A stretch of DNA of 64,000 nt, taken from Bacteroidales bacterium (lineage in GTDB: Bacteria; Bacteroidota; Bacteroidia; Bacteroidales; UBA12077). The stretch spans positions 1 to 64,000 of the forward strand of contig JANQHR010000047.1 in the NCBI GenBank assembly GCA_028282585.1, read 5' to 3'. The notes beneath the pieces are model-generated. The model was given only the letters and a program-made list of their open reading frames with translations. It had not been told where the DNA came from and made no database searches. Numbering within the stretch: position 1 is the first letter of the stretch; every line of letters begins with the position of its first letter. The position numbers were made by a program, and so were the translations under genes. This document shows positions 21,713 to 33,012 of the stretch, in pieces.

Positions 21713-22024
21713 AACAATGTAATCATACAAAGTAGGGAAATTCTATATAGTTGCATACTCTGAGATTTTTACAAATAATGTGCTAAACAATAATTCAGTT
21801 ACTTCGTCTCATCGCATCAGGGATATAATTCAAAAGTGTTTTTCGCCCCCGTTGATTTTTATAAAAAGAATATTTAATCATAATTTGACTATTGATATAA
21901 TTTTTTTCTATCGATTAACGACAGTATATGTTTTTATGTTAGGTACGGTTGTAATGATAAAAGAATAGTATTCTCACACCATTTTTGCGTCTTTCAGATA
22001 ATCCGGACTGGTTAAAAGAGATAA

Positions 22025-23194
22025 TTAAAAAAACATAAACCCTATTCCTAAGCCAATATCTAATCCATTAAAGTTTTCAAGATTTAATTTTTCATTATTG
22101 AAATTATTTGAAAAATTATATCCAATTTCAAAATGAATTTTTGTTCTGTAAGTAATTTGATAATTTAAGCCCATGTTCAATTTATAGTACATCGTTGCAT
22201 TGTAAGTACTATTTTGATCCATATCCATTCCAGACATTTTCATTCTAATCCCTTTCACAGAAATCATTCCTATTGAACCTGAAACATATGGGTTTATTTG
22301 TTTTTCATTTAGTAAAAAATACCGGCTGGTTAAATATAATGGGATTATAAGACTACCGCCTCCTTCGAAATCCTGGTTATTATTTCCATAAATCGAAGAT
22401 AAATCCATTTCGGGTAAATCCTTCTTAAACCCAAAACCTGTTGAAATTCCTAGCGAATACCTATGAGTCATAAAGTAGTGTATACTTAAAATCCAATTAA
22501 TACCATTATTATCTATAAAATATTTTGTTTCATCATCTGTATTCATTGAGCTATTTGGTATGTGCCAATATGAAGAGCTAATACTAACTTCAATTCTGTC
22601 TCCGGGATGAATTATTTTATATTTTGTATGTAAATTCTTTTTTTCATTATTTAATTCAGTTAAAATACTTCCATAAAGTTGATATTTATTTAAGTAGCCC
22701 CACACGTTTTTTATAAGGTTATATTCAATATTTCCGCAGAAATCGTTATCATTTTTACATGAAGTGCTGTCCGTATATAAATTTGCCGTAGCAGCAAATA
22801 AATAAGTAATACCTGAGATGTTACTGTAATTCTCCAATTTATGAAATATGGCAAAAACTTTACTTTTGTTATATCCTTCATAATTAAAAAAGAAGTTTTT
22901 TAGTAAACCTTCATTTAAACCATTAGCCTTTATGTCCCAAACAATAAAATTTACAGGGTACTTATTACTAAAATCAACTAAATGTTTAGTTTCAAAAGAA
23001 CTTAATGAATCATCTATAAAAAGTATGATAAGTGGGATTACTTTCTTTTTATTCTCTTGATTTTCAATTTTGATTAACTCTAATTGTTCTCCGGTTGTTT
23101 CAATTTCCAGTTTTAAATGTTCTTGTGCATTAATAATATTATGTTTAAATAAAATAATTAATATAAAAGCTGGTATATTTAATTTACTTCTCAT
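22025..23194 (-). CDS. Outer-membrane beta-barrel domain protein
   Basis: Signal peptide; C-terminal amphipathic strands (INPYVSGSIG, GLGIGFMFF) with terminal Phe. Confidence 0.7.
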   Translation of the reverse strand: MRSKLNIPAFILIILFKHNIINAQEHLKLEIETTGEQLELIKIENQENKKKVIPLIILFIDDSLSSFETKHLVDFSNKYPVNFIVWDIKANGLNEGLLKNFFFNYEGYNKSKVFAIFHKLENYSNISGITYLFAATANLYTDSTSCKNDNDFCGNIEYNLIKNVWGYLNKYQLYGSILTELNNEKKNLHTKYKIIHPGDRIEVSISSSYWHIPNSSMNTDDETKYFIDNNGINWILSIHYFMTHRYSLGISTGFGFKKDLPEMDLSSIYGNNNQDFEGGGSLIIPLYLTSRYFLLNEKQINPYVSGSIGMISVKGIRMKMSGMDMDQNSTYNATMYYKLNMGLNYQITYRTKIHFEIGYNFSNNFNNEKLNLENFNGLDIGLGIGFMFF

Positions 23195-23643
23195 GTCTCA
23201 ATTTGTATTTTATACTTGATATGTTCATTAAAACTTGATTTTTCATTTGCTCTTTTTACACAATACTTACCTATCCTGTTTCGGTAAACTTCGAAATAAC
23301 TAATAGTACCACCATTCAATTCGACTAAAGGTCTATTAAATAATTCTTTACAGCCTTCATTATGAATAATCGCGATTAGGTAGGTATACTTTCGAATGTT
23401 ATTAAATAAATAGCTTGCCTTATTATATTCAACTTTAACATTTCCAAAATATAATGCATCAGATACTTTTTGAGCTGAATTTTTATCAAATAAGAGAAAT
23501 ATTACATAACCCTTATCTGATTTTAACTCATTAACCCAAACTTTAATCGTAAAATATATATTGTTTCCATTATAAAATAACGATACTAGTAACATAACTA
23601 ACAAGAAAACGAGCAAATATGTGATGGTTGGATTTAAGTACAT
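23191..23643 (-). CDS. Diverged DUF2141-like protein
   Basis: LKSDKGYVIFLLFD...YLFNNI...AIIHNE resembles the adjacent DUF2141 protein. Confidence 0.55.
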   Translation of the reverse strand: MYLNPTITYLLVFLLVMLLVSLFYNGNNIYFTIKVWVNELKSDKGYVIFLLFDKNSAQKVSDALYFGNVKVEYNKASYLFNNIRKYTYLIAIIHNEGCKELFNRPLVELNGGTISYFEVYRNRIGKYCVKRANEKSSFNEHIKYKIQIET

Positions 23644-23659
23644 ATAGGTCAGTATAAAA

Positions 23660-24097
23660 TTAAAATCTAACTTCCAGCTCTATTGTGTTTTCCTTTTTAT
23701 CAATAATAAATTTACAATTGTCGAAACTTGGAAATTGTGTGGATTCTTTGTTATTAAAGTGCAACCCTATGTTTTCTTTTGGCATGCCGAGAAAACTTTT
23801 ATCCAGCATCCCGTCAGAATTCTCATCATGTACAGCAATTGCAGCATATTCACCATAATTAAGATTCTCGAATGTATAGCTTGATTTTAAGTCCTTTATT
23901 TCAGATTTGCCATAAAAAGATGCTCTCTCCAGGTCTTTAGGAAAGCCTTTTTCATCTTCAAATAAGTAAATCAAAACCTGCCCTTTATTTGATCTTAGAT
24001 TGCTTATTGAGACTTTCAACTTTCCTTTGGGTTGATTAAATCCTGCACTAAGAAATAGAATTAGCGTTAACATAATTGGAGTTTTAAATTTTCTCAT
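23660..24097 (-). CDS. DUF2141 family protein
   Basis: NLRSNKGQV...GEYA...HDENSDGMLDK...GMPKE. Confidence 0.88.
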   Translation of the reverse strand: MRKFKTPIMLTLILFLSAGFNQPKGKLKVSISNLRSNKGQVLIYLFEDEKGFPKDLERASFYGKSEIKDLKSSYTFENLNYGEYAAIAVHDENSDGMLDKSFLGMPKENIGLHFNNKESTQFPSFDNCKFIIDKKENTIELEVRF

Positions 24098-24101
24098 ACT
24101 T

Positions 24102-25481
24102 TCAATTTTTAAAGGGTTTTACCAGCTCTCCCGCGAGCTGTTGTAAAATAAGTTCGTATAGCTTTACATTATAAGTTAAGTTATAAACCCTGTTTTTAGC
24201 ATTAATCAAATTATTCTGAGATTCTCTAACTTCGGTAGAGTTTACAATACCATTTACAAAATCATTATTTGCTTTATTAAATGAGTCTTCATATAATTTT
24301 AAGTTCTTTTTTTCTATTTCCAACTGGCTTGTTGCAAATTCGTACTGTTCATAGGTATTTAAAAGTTCTTTCTCGATTTCACCCTTTGTTTTATCTACTG
24401 TAAATTCTTGCTTATTGATATTAATTTTAGCTGACTGAATGTTATTCTTTCTTCTGCCGCCAGTGAAAATTGGTAAGCTTAAAGTAAGGCCAGAGTATAA
24501 ACCACTGTTTTCTTGCGAAACAATTAAACTTTGTTCATTTTCCTGATTGAGGTGCCTATATGAGCTTGACATACTCAAAGTTGGGAGATATGCCGATTTG
24601 GCTATTGAATAATCCAACTTGATTATTTTTAATTGTTCTTGTGATAATTTTATGTATGCATTATTAGTTAAAGCATTTTGTAATAGTGAGTCTTTACTCA
24701 ATTTAGTTTGTAGTAAAAGTGTACTTTCAACATTAAATTCAATATCAGAGCTCCTTCCCAATAAAAAATTCAGGTTTCTCTTTGCATTTACAAGAGATAC
24801 TTTGGAGCTTCTATAATCTATACTATCCGTGTTTAAATAAGCAAGAGATTGGAGGTACGCCAGGTTGGTACTGTTCCCAAATTGCTCATTTAGCCTGGTT
24901 CTTTCCACCCTTTCCTTGGAAATTTCCACTTTTTCTTTGGATAATGAAAGTGCTGCTTGTTGCCTTGCAATTTCAAAATAAGCCGTTGCAACCTGTATCA
25001 AACTGTTTTCAATTTGATTTTGCAGTTGATTTGCGCCCATCTCACTATATCCCTCCAATTGCTTGTACCTGTATCTTTTAGCAAATCCCTCAAATAGGGT
25101 ATAACTCATACTAACGCTAACCTGATAAGATTCTGAAGATAAGCCATCTCCACCTATTGAAGTATTTCCAGCACTTTCTTCAGCGCCGCTACTACTTCCT
25201 CCTTCCTGGCTTTCATCGCCGGCAACTCCAAAATCATAAACTGCATCTGTATTTTCAAGGTTATTATCATAATTAGCACTTAAACTAATATCAGGCAAGT
25301 ATCCTGCATTTCCCCTTGTATATTCATTAAGTGCTTTTTGGTAATTTTCTTCCTCAATTTTAATATCAAGGTTATTTTCAAGTGCAATTTTAAATGCATC
25401 ATCTAGTGTTAATAAATCCTGTGCCTTTACGCTTATTGTTAATACTAATAGTATACTTAGAATTGAAACCTTCATTTTCAT
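24102..25481 (-). CDS. TolC family outer-membrane efflux protein
   Basis: LTLDDAFKIALENN and repeated YLP motifs; lies in the RND operon. Confidence 0.9.
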   Translation of the reverse strand: MKMKVSILSILLVLTISVKAQDLLTLDDAFKIALENNLDIKIEEENYQKALNEYTRGNAGYLPDISLSANYDNNLENTDAVYDFGVAGDESQEGGSSSGAEESAGNTSIGGDGLSSESYQVSVSMSYTLFEGFAKRYRYKQLEGYSEMGANQLQNQIENSLIQVATAYFEIARQQAALSLSKEKVEISKERVERTRLNEQFGNSTNLAYLQSLAYLNTDSIDYRSSKVSLVNAKRNLNFLLGRSSDIEFNVESTLLLQTKLSKDSLLQNALTNNAYIKLSQEQLKIIKLDYSIAKSAYLPTLSMSSSYRHLNQENEQSLIVSQENSGLYSGLTLSLPIFTGGRRKNNIQSAKININKQEFTVDKTKGEIEKELLNTYEQYEFATSQLEIEKKNLKLYEDSFNKANNDFVNGIVNSTEVRESQNNLINAKNRVYNLTYNVKLYELILQQLAGELVKPFKN

Positions 25482-25483
25482 AA

Positions 25484-28400
25484 TTATTTAATTACACTTT
25501 TTAATTGCTTAACTGCTGCCTCTACCTCTTCAGCTTTTTTAACTTTTCCTGAAACAATTTTAATCCATAACCTTTTAAAATAATTTGTAGCTATAAGAAT
25601 TATGGGTAACAGGAATAATGGCATGATTAATCCGAATATCAACCCGTAAGCTATTGAAATGGCCGGTGGCTTAAGCATCATAGTCGCAAAGCTGTCTGAA
25701 TACAGCGTAGGGCTTAAACCAGCAACTGTTGTAATCGTAGTTAATACAATAGGTCTAAACCTGGATTTTGCAGTTTCTACTAATGCATCCATATAATCCA
25801 GCCCTTCTTTTAAATTATCATTTAAGGTTGTTGTATATACTAATGAATCATTTACAAAAACTCCAATTAAGGCGATCAACCCAAGGAAAGAGAACATGTT
25901 TATCATTGCTCCATGAATGTAATGCCCCAGTATTACTCCTATTAAAGCAAATGGGAACGTTAAAAAAATAGCTCCTGCCTGTGAAAAGGATTTTCCATTA
26001 AAAACTACAAGTGAAAAAATAATCAGTAAAATAATAGGCCCTACCACCTTTATCCTATTCATTAAATCTTGTGTTTCTTCATTTTGGCCACCAATTTCAT
26101 ATGTAATATTTCTAAAACCGCTTAAAGTTTCCAGTATCTCATTTTCTTCTAATTCTGCTAAGGTTTGAGGCGCAGAAATGTTAATATCAGCTAAATCAGC
26201 TTCTACCTTTATTTCTGTCTTTCGTTTGTTATGGTTTATTTGCAATACTCCCTCGGTAAATTCAAGGTATGCAACATCTTTTAAACGATATTCCCCATTG
26301 GTAGGAGATACAATAACCAGTTCTTCCAACTCTTCAATCGTTGAGCGTTTTTTATCATCGTAACGCAACCAAACCTTTACCTCTTCATCATTTCTTTGCA
26401 AACTCTGGATATTAAGCCCAAAATAACCACTCCTTATTTGTTGCATCACGTTATTGTGTGTAAGCCCTACGTGGTGAGCCAAAGGTTTTAACCAAATATT
26501 TATTTCCGGGTTTCCTGTTTTATCCGAGTCTTTAACATCTCTAAGTTTAGGGTTGTCCTGGAATTTCGTTTTTAATTGGTTTGCGGCTTCCCTGATTTCC
26601 TCCAAATCATCGCCATACAAGGAAACTGATATCGGTTTGCCAAACATTGTTTCTGCAGATAGACCTCCAATTGTGAAGTTTATAGCCTCAGGTATCTCGC
26701 CAATTCTGTTTTGCAGGTATTTTGTAATCTCAAAAGAATTTAAATCTCTTTCATCGCTATCAATTAAAATAATTTTTAACTGCCCTTCGTTACTTAACGG
26801 GCCAAGAATTAGTTCTGTATTTTTTATTATGTTTTGAGCAGATTTTGCTTCTTTCGTAAGTTCTTTATTAATATCCCATACCTTTTGTTCTATGCCCTGT
26901 AAAGATTTTAGGGTTATTTCTTCACTGGTACCGGGTTTTAGTTCCAGGTTAGATATTAAGAAACTATCATCCATTGTTGGGAAAAAAGATACCTTAACCC
27001 GGTTTGTCCCTACTAAGCCTAAGGTAAAAATAAGAGCCAATATGAAAACAAATAGGGCGAGCAGCTTATACTTTGAAACAATAAACCTAAAAACAGGAAT
27101 GTAAAATTTATCCCGAACCCTTAATAAACCATTGTTAAAAAACTTTTCGGCCCTTGAAGCCTTTGTTTCACTTGATAGTGAATGTGAAAGGTGGGCGGGC
27201 AAGAGAAAGAAACTTTCAATTAATGCGAAAAACAACGTTCCAATCACCACAAAAGCCAGTTCAGAGAACATATCCCCGCTTCTGCCACTAAGAAAGAAAA
27301 ATAACGAAAATGCTATTGAAGTTGTCGATAACGAGATAAATACCGGGACTAACATCTGGCTCGCTCCATCAAGTGCTGCTTTCAGAGGTTTCTTTTTGTA
27401 GTTCTCGTAATGCTGGTAAATGTTTTCGCCAATAACAATGCCGTCATCTACCAAAATACCTAAAACTAAAATAAACCCAAAAATTGATACCATATTAAAG
27501 GTTAACCCATAATAACTGCCTAGTATCAACATACCTAAAAAAGCCACAGGTATCTTTAAAGCAACCCAAAATGCTAATTTGCGCTGTAGAAATAAAGTAA
27601 GAATTATTAAAACCAGCAAAAAACCGATCACGCCATTTTGAATCATCGTATTCAGCACCGTTCTTAAATGGATAGAAGAATCGTCGATTACCTCTAATTT
27701 TACAATTTTATTGTTCCGGTTAAATTCAGAAATATATTCCTTTATGGTTTCTGCATTTTCTAATAAATTCTCGTCTGTTCGGCTTAGTACCTCAATAGTT
27801 GCTGAGGGTTTTCCATTCAAGAACCTTTTGTTTACAGCATCCGAAAAAATGTTCTCAATGCTAGCTATATCTTCCAAAAATATTATACTTCCATCCGTAT
27901 TTGCTCTTACAACAATGTTTTTTAAATCATTTGCATAATACCCTTTAGCATTTGCCCTAATGGATATATTTTGTTTGGTTGTTTTAATAGTACCGGCTGT
28001 TAGTTCAATATTGGCTTCACTAATTGCTTTAGAAACATCGTTCATGGAAAGCCGGTATGCTTTTAATTTATCTTCTGAAACCAATATCTCAATTTCCTCT
28101 TCGGGAAAACCGCTTATCAGAACAGTTGATATACCATCATCATCCAGCAGGGCATCTTTAATTTGATTCGCATAATCTTTTATTTCAAACAAGGATACGT
28201 CACCATTTACTGCAAAGCTGAATGTCCTGTTAAATACTTCTGCTTTAGAAATTACAGGCTCATCCATTCCTTCCGGAAAAGAATTAATTTTACCCACTGC
28301 ATCTTTCACATCTTGCAATACAATATTTATGTCGGACTCCTCTTTTATTAAGAGGTCCAAATAAGCAAAGCCTTCGCGGGATTCCGAAATAACTTTTCTT

Positions 28401-28633
28401 AAACCCTTGATTCCTTCCAGGTTCTCTTCTATTTTATTTACAATACTATTCTCAACTTCTTTAGGAGACGCACCTCTATATGTTACTTCAATGCTTATAT
28501 TTCTTTCTTTTGCCTGTGGTTCGCTGGTTGACTTTATTTGGGTAAAACTTATTACCCCCACAATAATGATTAGTATCAATATAAGATTAACAACTACCGG
28601 ATTCTGTATGAAATATTTAATGGCGTCTTTCAT
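25484..28633 (-). CDS. RND efflux permease (AcrB/AcrD/AcrF family)
   Basis: 1049 aa; GILVDDGIVIGEN and SRFRPIVLTT motifs. Confidence 0.95.
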   Translation of the reverse strand: MKDAIKYFIQNPVVVNLILILIIIVGVISFTQIKSTSEPQAKERNISIEVTYRGASPKEVENSIVNKIEENLEGIKGLRKVISESREGFAYLDLLIKEESDINIVLQDVKDAVGKINSFPEGMDEPVISKAEVFNRTFSFAVNGDVSLFEIKDYANQIKDALLDDDGISTVLISGFPEEEIEILVSEDKLKAYRLSMNDVSKAISEANIELTAGTIKTTKQNISIRANAKGYYANDLKNIVVRANTDGSIIFLEDIASIENIFSDAVNKRFLNGKPSATIEVLSRTDENLLENAETIKEYISEFNRNNKIVKLEVIDDSSIHLRTVLNTMIQNGVIGFLLVLIILTLFLQRKLAFWVALKIPVAFLGMLILGSYYGLTFNMVSIFGFILVLGILVDDGIVIGENIYQHYENYKKKPLKAALDGASQMLVPVFISLSTTSIAFSLFFFLSGRSGDMFSELAFVVIGTLFFALIESFFLLPAHLSHSLSSETKASRAEKFFNNGLLRVRDKFYIPVFRFIVSKYKLLALFVFILALIFTLGLVGTNRVKVSFFPTMDDSFLISNLELKPGTSEEITLKSLQGIEQKVWDINKELTKEAKSAQNIIKNTELILGPLSNEGQLKIILIDSDERDLNSFEITKYLQNRIGEIPEAINFTIGGLSAETMFGKPISVSLYGDDLEEIREAANQLKTKFQDNPKLRDVKDSDKTGNPEINIWLKPLAHHVGLTHNNVMQQIRSGYFGLNIQSLQRNDEEVKVWLRYDDKKRSTIEELEELVIVSPTNGEYRLKDVAYLEFTEGVLQINHNKRKTEIKVEADLADINISAPQTLAELEENEILETLSGFRNITYEIGGQNEETQDLMNRIKVVGPIILLIIFSLVVFNGKSFSQAGAIFLTFPFALIGVILGHYIHGAMINMFSFLGLIALIGVFVNDSLVYTTTLNDNLKEGLDYMDALVETAKSRFRPIVLTTITTVAGLSPTLYSDSFATMMLKPPAISIAYGLIFGLIMPLFLLPIILIATNYFKRLWIKIVSGKVKKAEEVEAAVKQLKSVIK

Positions 28634-28636
28634 TTT

Positions 28637-29746
28637 CTATTTATTTTTTGAAATTGCTATTTGCCCTACAAGAGGTTTATTTGGAGATTCATTCACTAAC
28701 AAAGTATTGTCATTAAGCCCGTACACAAAAACCATGTTATCCTCGAAAAACAATGGGTTTACAGGTTTTGACATGATTACAGAATCAATTAGAATATTTA
28801 CCTCATTATTTCTTTTTAAAAGCAGCCTTGGAATTCTTGCCCCTTTTAAGTTTAATGGAGAATGTATATTACCCTCCAAATACATACCTTCATAAATTTC
28901 ATCGGAATTGATGGAGGCATATACTTTAAATGATTGGTTTTGCTTATCTATTTTAGGGTTATAACGAAGTAAATAGCCTTCAAATTCCTTATCTAAATCC
29001 TGGCTATATAAAACTACCTTCTGCCCAATCTTTAAAAATTTATAATCTTGTATGGACACGATAGCTTCTAGCTCAAAAAAATCATTATTGCTAAATTCCG
29101 CCAGTTTCATTTGCGGGAGGGCCATGTCGCCACTTTTTATGTAAGTAGTCGTAATCGTTCCGTTAAATGGGGCAATTATTCGGTGTTTTGACAAGGTATT
29201 TTCCTGTGCCTTTATGGAATAATAGGTTTCGAAAAAGTTGTTGGATATTAGAAAACTTCTAAACTTTTGCCCTTCTATTTCAGGAAGTTGCGGTAAATTC
29301 TTTTTTTCAACAATTTCGTTTAAATACCTTTCCCAGGTACCGTACTCCTCGGGAAAATCGAGTTTAATAGTTGACATTAACCCGTTGAGCAAGCCAATAA
29401 ACTTGCTTTTTGAGGAATTTAAATTATACAAATTATCCGTATCGTCAATAGATAATATAACATCCCCTTTTTTATAAGAAACACCCTCATTAAAGAGATT
29501 TACGCCCTGGAAAGTTTTACCTTGTACTTCTGAAACAATGCTTATCTTTTTTGAAGATTCAATGTTTCCTCTTATTTTAATTTTTCTTTCTAAATCTTCA
29601 TTTACAATTTTAATGGTTTCGTATTGTGCAATTGGCAAGCTCTTATTCTCATTCTTTAGTTCAGCCCTGTTACAAGAACTCACTAAAAAACTTATTACAA
29701 TAAGAATAATATAAAGTGAGTTAAGCGGCCTTTTTAATCGTGTCAT
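28637..29746 (-). CDS. RND periplasmic adaptor (membrane fusion protein)
   Basis: Lipoprotein-like N-terminus, SEVQG and IIAPFNG motifs. Confidence 0.88.
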   Translation of the reverse strand: MTRLKRPLNSLYIILIVISFLVSSCNRAELKNENKSLPIAQYETIKIVNEDLERKIKIRGNIESSKKISIVSEVQGKTFQGVNLFNEGVSYKKGDVILSIDDTDNLYNLNSSKSKFIGLLNGLMSTIKLDFPEEYGTWERYLNEIVEKKNLPQLPEIEGQKFRSFLISNNFFETYYSIKAQENTLSKHRIIAPFNGTITTTYIKSGDMALPQMKLAEFSNNDFFELEAIVSIQDYKFLKIGQKVVLYSQDLDKEFEGYLLRYNPKIDKQNQSFKVYASINSDEIYEGMYLEGNIHSPLNLKGARIPRLLLKRNNEVNILIDSVIMSKPVNPLFFEDNMVFVYGLNDNTLLVNESPNKPLVGQIAISKNK

Positions 29747-29769
29747 ATTTATTAATTTTAAGTTGTCGT

Positions 29770-30582
29770 TTATTCTGTTATTATTAATGTTAGGCTATCG
29801 TTGCTATATGCGCTGAAATAACCCAGGATATTTCCTGTCCAATTCGAAATTGGGTTTCCAGGTGCGGCAGAACCACTGTTAGGCCCTGTTGAGGCTCCTG
29901 AAATGTCTGCTAACGAATTAAAATAATCATAAGATGCTTCATCAAAATGGATTAATTCCACTGCAACAGTATCTTCAAAGTCGAAAGTTTTCAAAAAGAG
30001 TGGATACCTTACTGTGTTTCCATCATTTAAATTATCGTTGAATATTTGCATATCCTCCCCGGTGTTTTGGAGCTCATCATTGAGATAATGCCTTACCCTG
30101 TAATAATTGTCGGTATTTGCGGGGTCGGTATATTTAAAATATACGACATAACCTTCATCCTGTGGGCCAAACCCCTCCTCGTATTCTGCATAAACAGTAT
30201 CAAGCTGGACTTGCCCGGGCAAGTATGATTCTGCAGTATATTCATTACCATCGAGCTCTACTCTTAAGGTATACGTTTTATTCGCTTCGGCATGTATTAA
30301 AGCTTCATACGTGCCATCATTGATGTTTGGTATTGCGTAGGTATTATCACCGCCATCACTCAATGTAACCGTTGCATTATCAATCTTTTCCGTAGGTTGA
30401 TTGTCAAAATAAGGTGCTGTTTTTGATATAATTACCTGAAAGTTGTGTAAGCCTTCCTCTAAAAGTGCCTCTATTACTAGTTCTTGGTCAGCTTCATCAA
30501 GGTCTACGTCAATAACTTTTTCGCAAGCATACTGGCTCATTATTAACAGGCTTATAATAGTACTATAAATTATCTTTTTCAT
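29770..30582 (-). CDS. DUF4249 family lipoprotein
   Basis: ACEKVID lipobox, DPANTDNYY and LGYF motifs; follows a TonB-dependent receptor. Confidence 0.85.
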   Translation of the reverse strand: MKKIIYSTIISLLIMSQYACEKVIDVDLDEADQELVIEALLEEGLHNFQVIISKTAPYFDNQPTEKIDNATVTLSDGGDNTYAIPNINDGTYEALIHAEANKTYTLRVELDGNEYTAESYLPGQVQLDTVYAEYEEGFGPQDEGYVVYFKYTDPANTDNYYRVRHYLNDELQNTGEDMQIFNDNLNDGNTVRYPLFLKTFDFEDTVAVELIHFDEASYDYFNSLADISGASTGPNSGSAAPGNPISNWTGNILGYFSAYSNDSLTLIITE

Positions 30583-30594
30583 AGGTCTTTATTT

Positions 30595-32922
30595 TTAAAA
30601 CTTAAAATTGTATGTAAAAGACGGTATCCATCTAAACAAGGAAAGCTGCACTGCTTCTGTTACTGTCGGGTCATCTTCATTAGGTTGGAAAGTAATAGAA
30701 TAGGCATTCTCTCTTCCATAAACATTATATAAGCTGAAACTCCAACTTGCTTCAAACCTTTCGGTACTTTTAGTAATCCATGTTAAGGCTAGGTCCAAAC
30801 GATGGTAGTCTGGCATTCTATATCCATTTCTTTCTGTATAATAAGGGTTAATTTTTCCATCTACTTCGTAACGTCCTGTTGGAAATGTCACAGCATCGCC
30901 GGTATAATAAATAAAATTACCTGATACGGTTAACTTGTCACTCAACCTATAAAGGGCTACAATCGAAATGTCATGTATCCTGTCTTGCCTTGATGGAAAC
31001 CAATCTCCATCATTAATCTCATCAAACTGTTTTAACGAACGCGATAAAGTATATCCCATCCAACCGGTAAGCTTCCCGGTTTTCTTTTTAACAAAAAACT
31101 CAGCTCCATATGCTTTGCCATCACCATATACCAGGTCTCCTTCTAACTGCTCATTTAAAAACACATTTGCCCCTGTCCTGTAATCAATTATGTTTTGCAT
31201 TTTTTTATAATAGACCTCTACAGATGATTCAAACATGTTATCGCTGAAATTCCTGAAATATCCCAGAGACACTTGGTCCGCTAACTGAGGTTCTACATTT
31301 TTAGAACTCATTATCCAGGTATCTGTGGGTGTTGATGAAGTTGAGTTGGTTAAAACATGTAAATATTGATAATTCCGGTTATACCCTAATTTTAAGGAGC
31401 TTTTAGAATCTAAAATATAATTAGCTGTTAACCTTGGTTCGATGCCCCCGTAAAATTGGATACTTTCCCAATCGTTGTAATATTCTTCCGACAGGTAATC
31501 TCCATTTTCATCGAACCTAAAACTTGTACCAGGGCCCAGTTGGTCAAAAAATGAATACCTGAAACCATAATTTACACTCAATCTAGAATTTATTTTTTGC
31601 TCGTTTTGAATATAAATTGCTCCTTCTATTCCATATTCTTCTTCGGCATCATCCGAATTTACCCCTGTATTTTCGCCTGCCGTAATATTACCCGGCTCAA
31701 TAGTATGGTAAATTGCATTAAATCCGAATTTAATGATGTTATTACTATTCGGGAAGTATGTAAAGTCCTGTTTTAGGTTAATATCATGAATAACAGATTG
31801 TAGTGCTATTCTATCTTCATCCGCTCCAAAACCAAACTCATAATCGTAATCACTAAATATGAAGGACGTATTCGAGAATAGTTTGCTCGAGAACAGGTGG
31901 TTCCACCTTAATGTTCCTGTTGCATTACCCCAATTTAAACCAAAATCATCGCTAAAGCCAAATACATCCCGCCCGAAATACCCGGATAAATAGATTCTGT
32001 CTTTATCTGTTATTTTATAATTGGCTTTAAGGTTAACATCGTAAAAGTATAGGGTTGTATTACTTAAATCATCATCACTTGATAGTTTCAATAGTAAATC
32101 AATATACGTTCTTCTTCCGGAAAGCATAAACGAGCCTTTATCTTTAACTATAGGCCCTTCAACCGTTAATCTTGATGCAATTAATCCAATTCCGCCTGTT
32201 ATGTCATATTCTTTCATATTACCGTCTTTCATTCGAATATCCATAACAGAAGAAGCCCTGCCACCATATTCGGGCATCATACCTCCTTTGTATAATGTTG
32301 CGCTTTTTAAAGCATCGCCGTTAAAAACAGAAAAAAGCCCTAACAAATGAGAAGGGTTATAAACCGGAGCTTCGTCCAACAACACCAGGTTTTGATCTAA
32401 GCCACCACCCCTTACATAATATCCTGAATTACCCTCACCTGCCGTTTTAACTCCGGGATTCATCTTGATTGCCTTAATAATATCCGGTTCTCCTCCAAAA
32501 GATGGCATTTCTTTAATTTCCTTGGCATCGAGTTTTGTTACGCTAACCTCATTTTTAGTTATATTATGGTCTTCTTTTTTTGCAGTTACAACTACTTCTT
32601 GCAGTTTATGAGTACTTTCCGTAAGCTCTACATTAATTTTTACATCGCTTGTAAGCGAAATTTCTTTTTCAAATGGCTCGTATCCCAAGTATTGATAAAT
32701 TATAGTATGGTTTCCTTCTTGCAGGGTTAGTGAATAAAAGCCATAAACGTTTGTTGTTGTGCCAATACCACTTATATTTTTTACCGCAACCGTAGCGAAA
32801 GGTAAATCCTCACCATTGCTGCTATCGGTTACCTGCCCGCTAACTGTATAGGTTTTGTTTTGAGCAAATGAAAAATTGGCAAATAATATAATCAGTGCTA
32901 TAACAATTGTTTTAATATTCAT
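30595..32922 (-). CDS. TonB-dependent receptor
   Basis: CarboxypepD-like N-terminus, plug YVRGG..DQN, YGGRASSV, C-terminal YNFKF. Confidence 0.93.
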   Translation of the reverse strand: MNIKTIVIALIILFANFSFAQNKTYTVSGQVTDSSNGEDLPFATVAVKNISGIGTTTNVYGFYSLTLQEGNHTIIYQYLGYEPFEKEISLTSDVKINVELTESTHKLQEVVVTAKKEDHNITKNEVSVTKLDAKEIKEMPSFGGEPDIIKAIKMNPGVKTAGEGNSGYYVRGGGLDQNLVLLDEAPVYNPSHLLGLFSVFNGDALKSATLYKGGMMPEYGGRASSVMDIRMKDGNMKEYDITGGIGLIASRLTVEGPIVKDKGSFMLSGRRTYIDLLLKLSSDDDLSNTTLYFYDVNLKANYKITDKDRIYLSGYFGRDVFGFSDDFGLNWGNATGTLRWNHLFSSKLFSNTSFIFSDYDYEFGFGADEDRIALQSVIHDINLKQDFTYFPNSNNIIKFGFNAIYHTIEPGNITAGENTGVNSDDAEEEYGIEGAIYIQNEQKINSRLSVNYGFRYSFFDQLGPGTSFRFDENGDYLSEEYYNDWESIQFYGGIEPRLTANYILDSKSSLKLGYNRNYQYLHVLTNSTSSTPTDTWIMSSKNVEPQLADQVSLGYFRNFSDNMFESSVEVYYKKMQNIIDYRTGANVFLNEQLEGDLVYGDGKAYGAEFFVKKKTGKLTGWMGYTLSRSLKQFDEINDGDWFPSRQDRIHDISIVALYRLSDKLTVSGNFIYYTGDAVTFPTGRYEVDGKINPYYTERNGYRMPDYHRLDLALTWITKSTERFEASWSFSLYNVYGRENAYSITFQPNEDDPTVTEAVQLSLFRWIPSFTYNFKF

Positions 32923-33012
32923 GCTTTTTTAGCACAAATATTTCATATCAAAATAGAATTATAAAGGGAAACAATTATGAAGCAGGCAAATTAATTATTC
33001 AAACGGGCATAA

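Noticed and set aside
21780-21968. 62-aa GTG-start ORF
   Set aside because: No motif or clear translation signal; probably intergenic or decayed sequence
13807-21968. Complete integron
   Set aside because: No tyrosine recombinase in the window and only one reasonably shaped attC-like palindrome; kept only as a low-confidence finding
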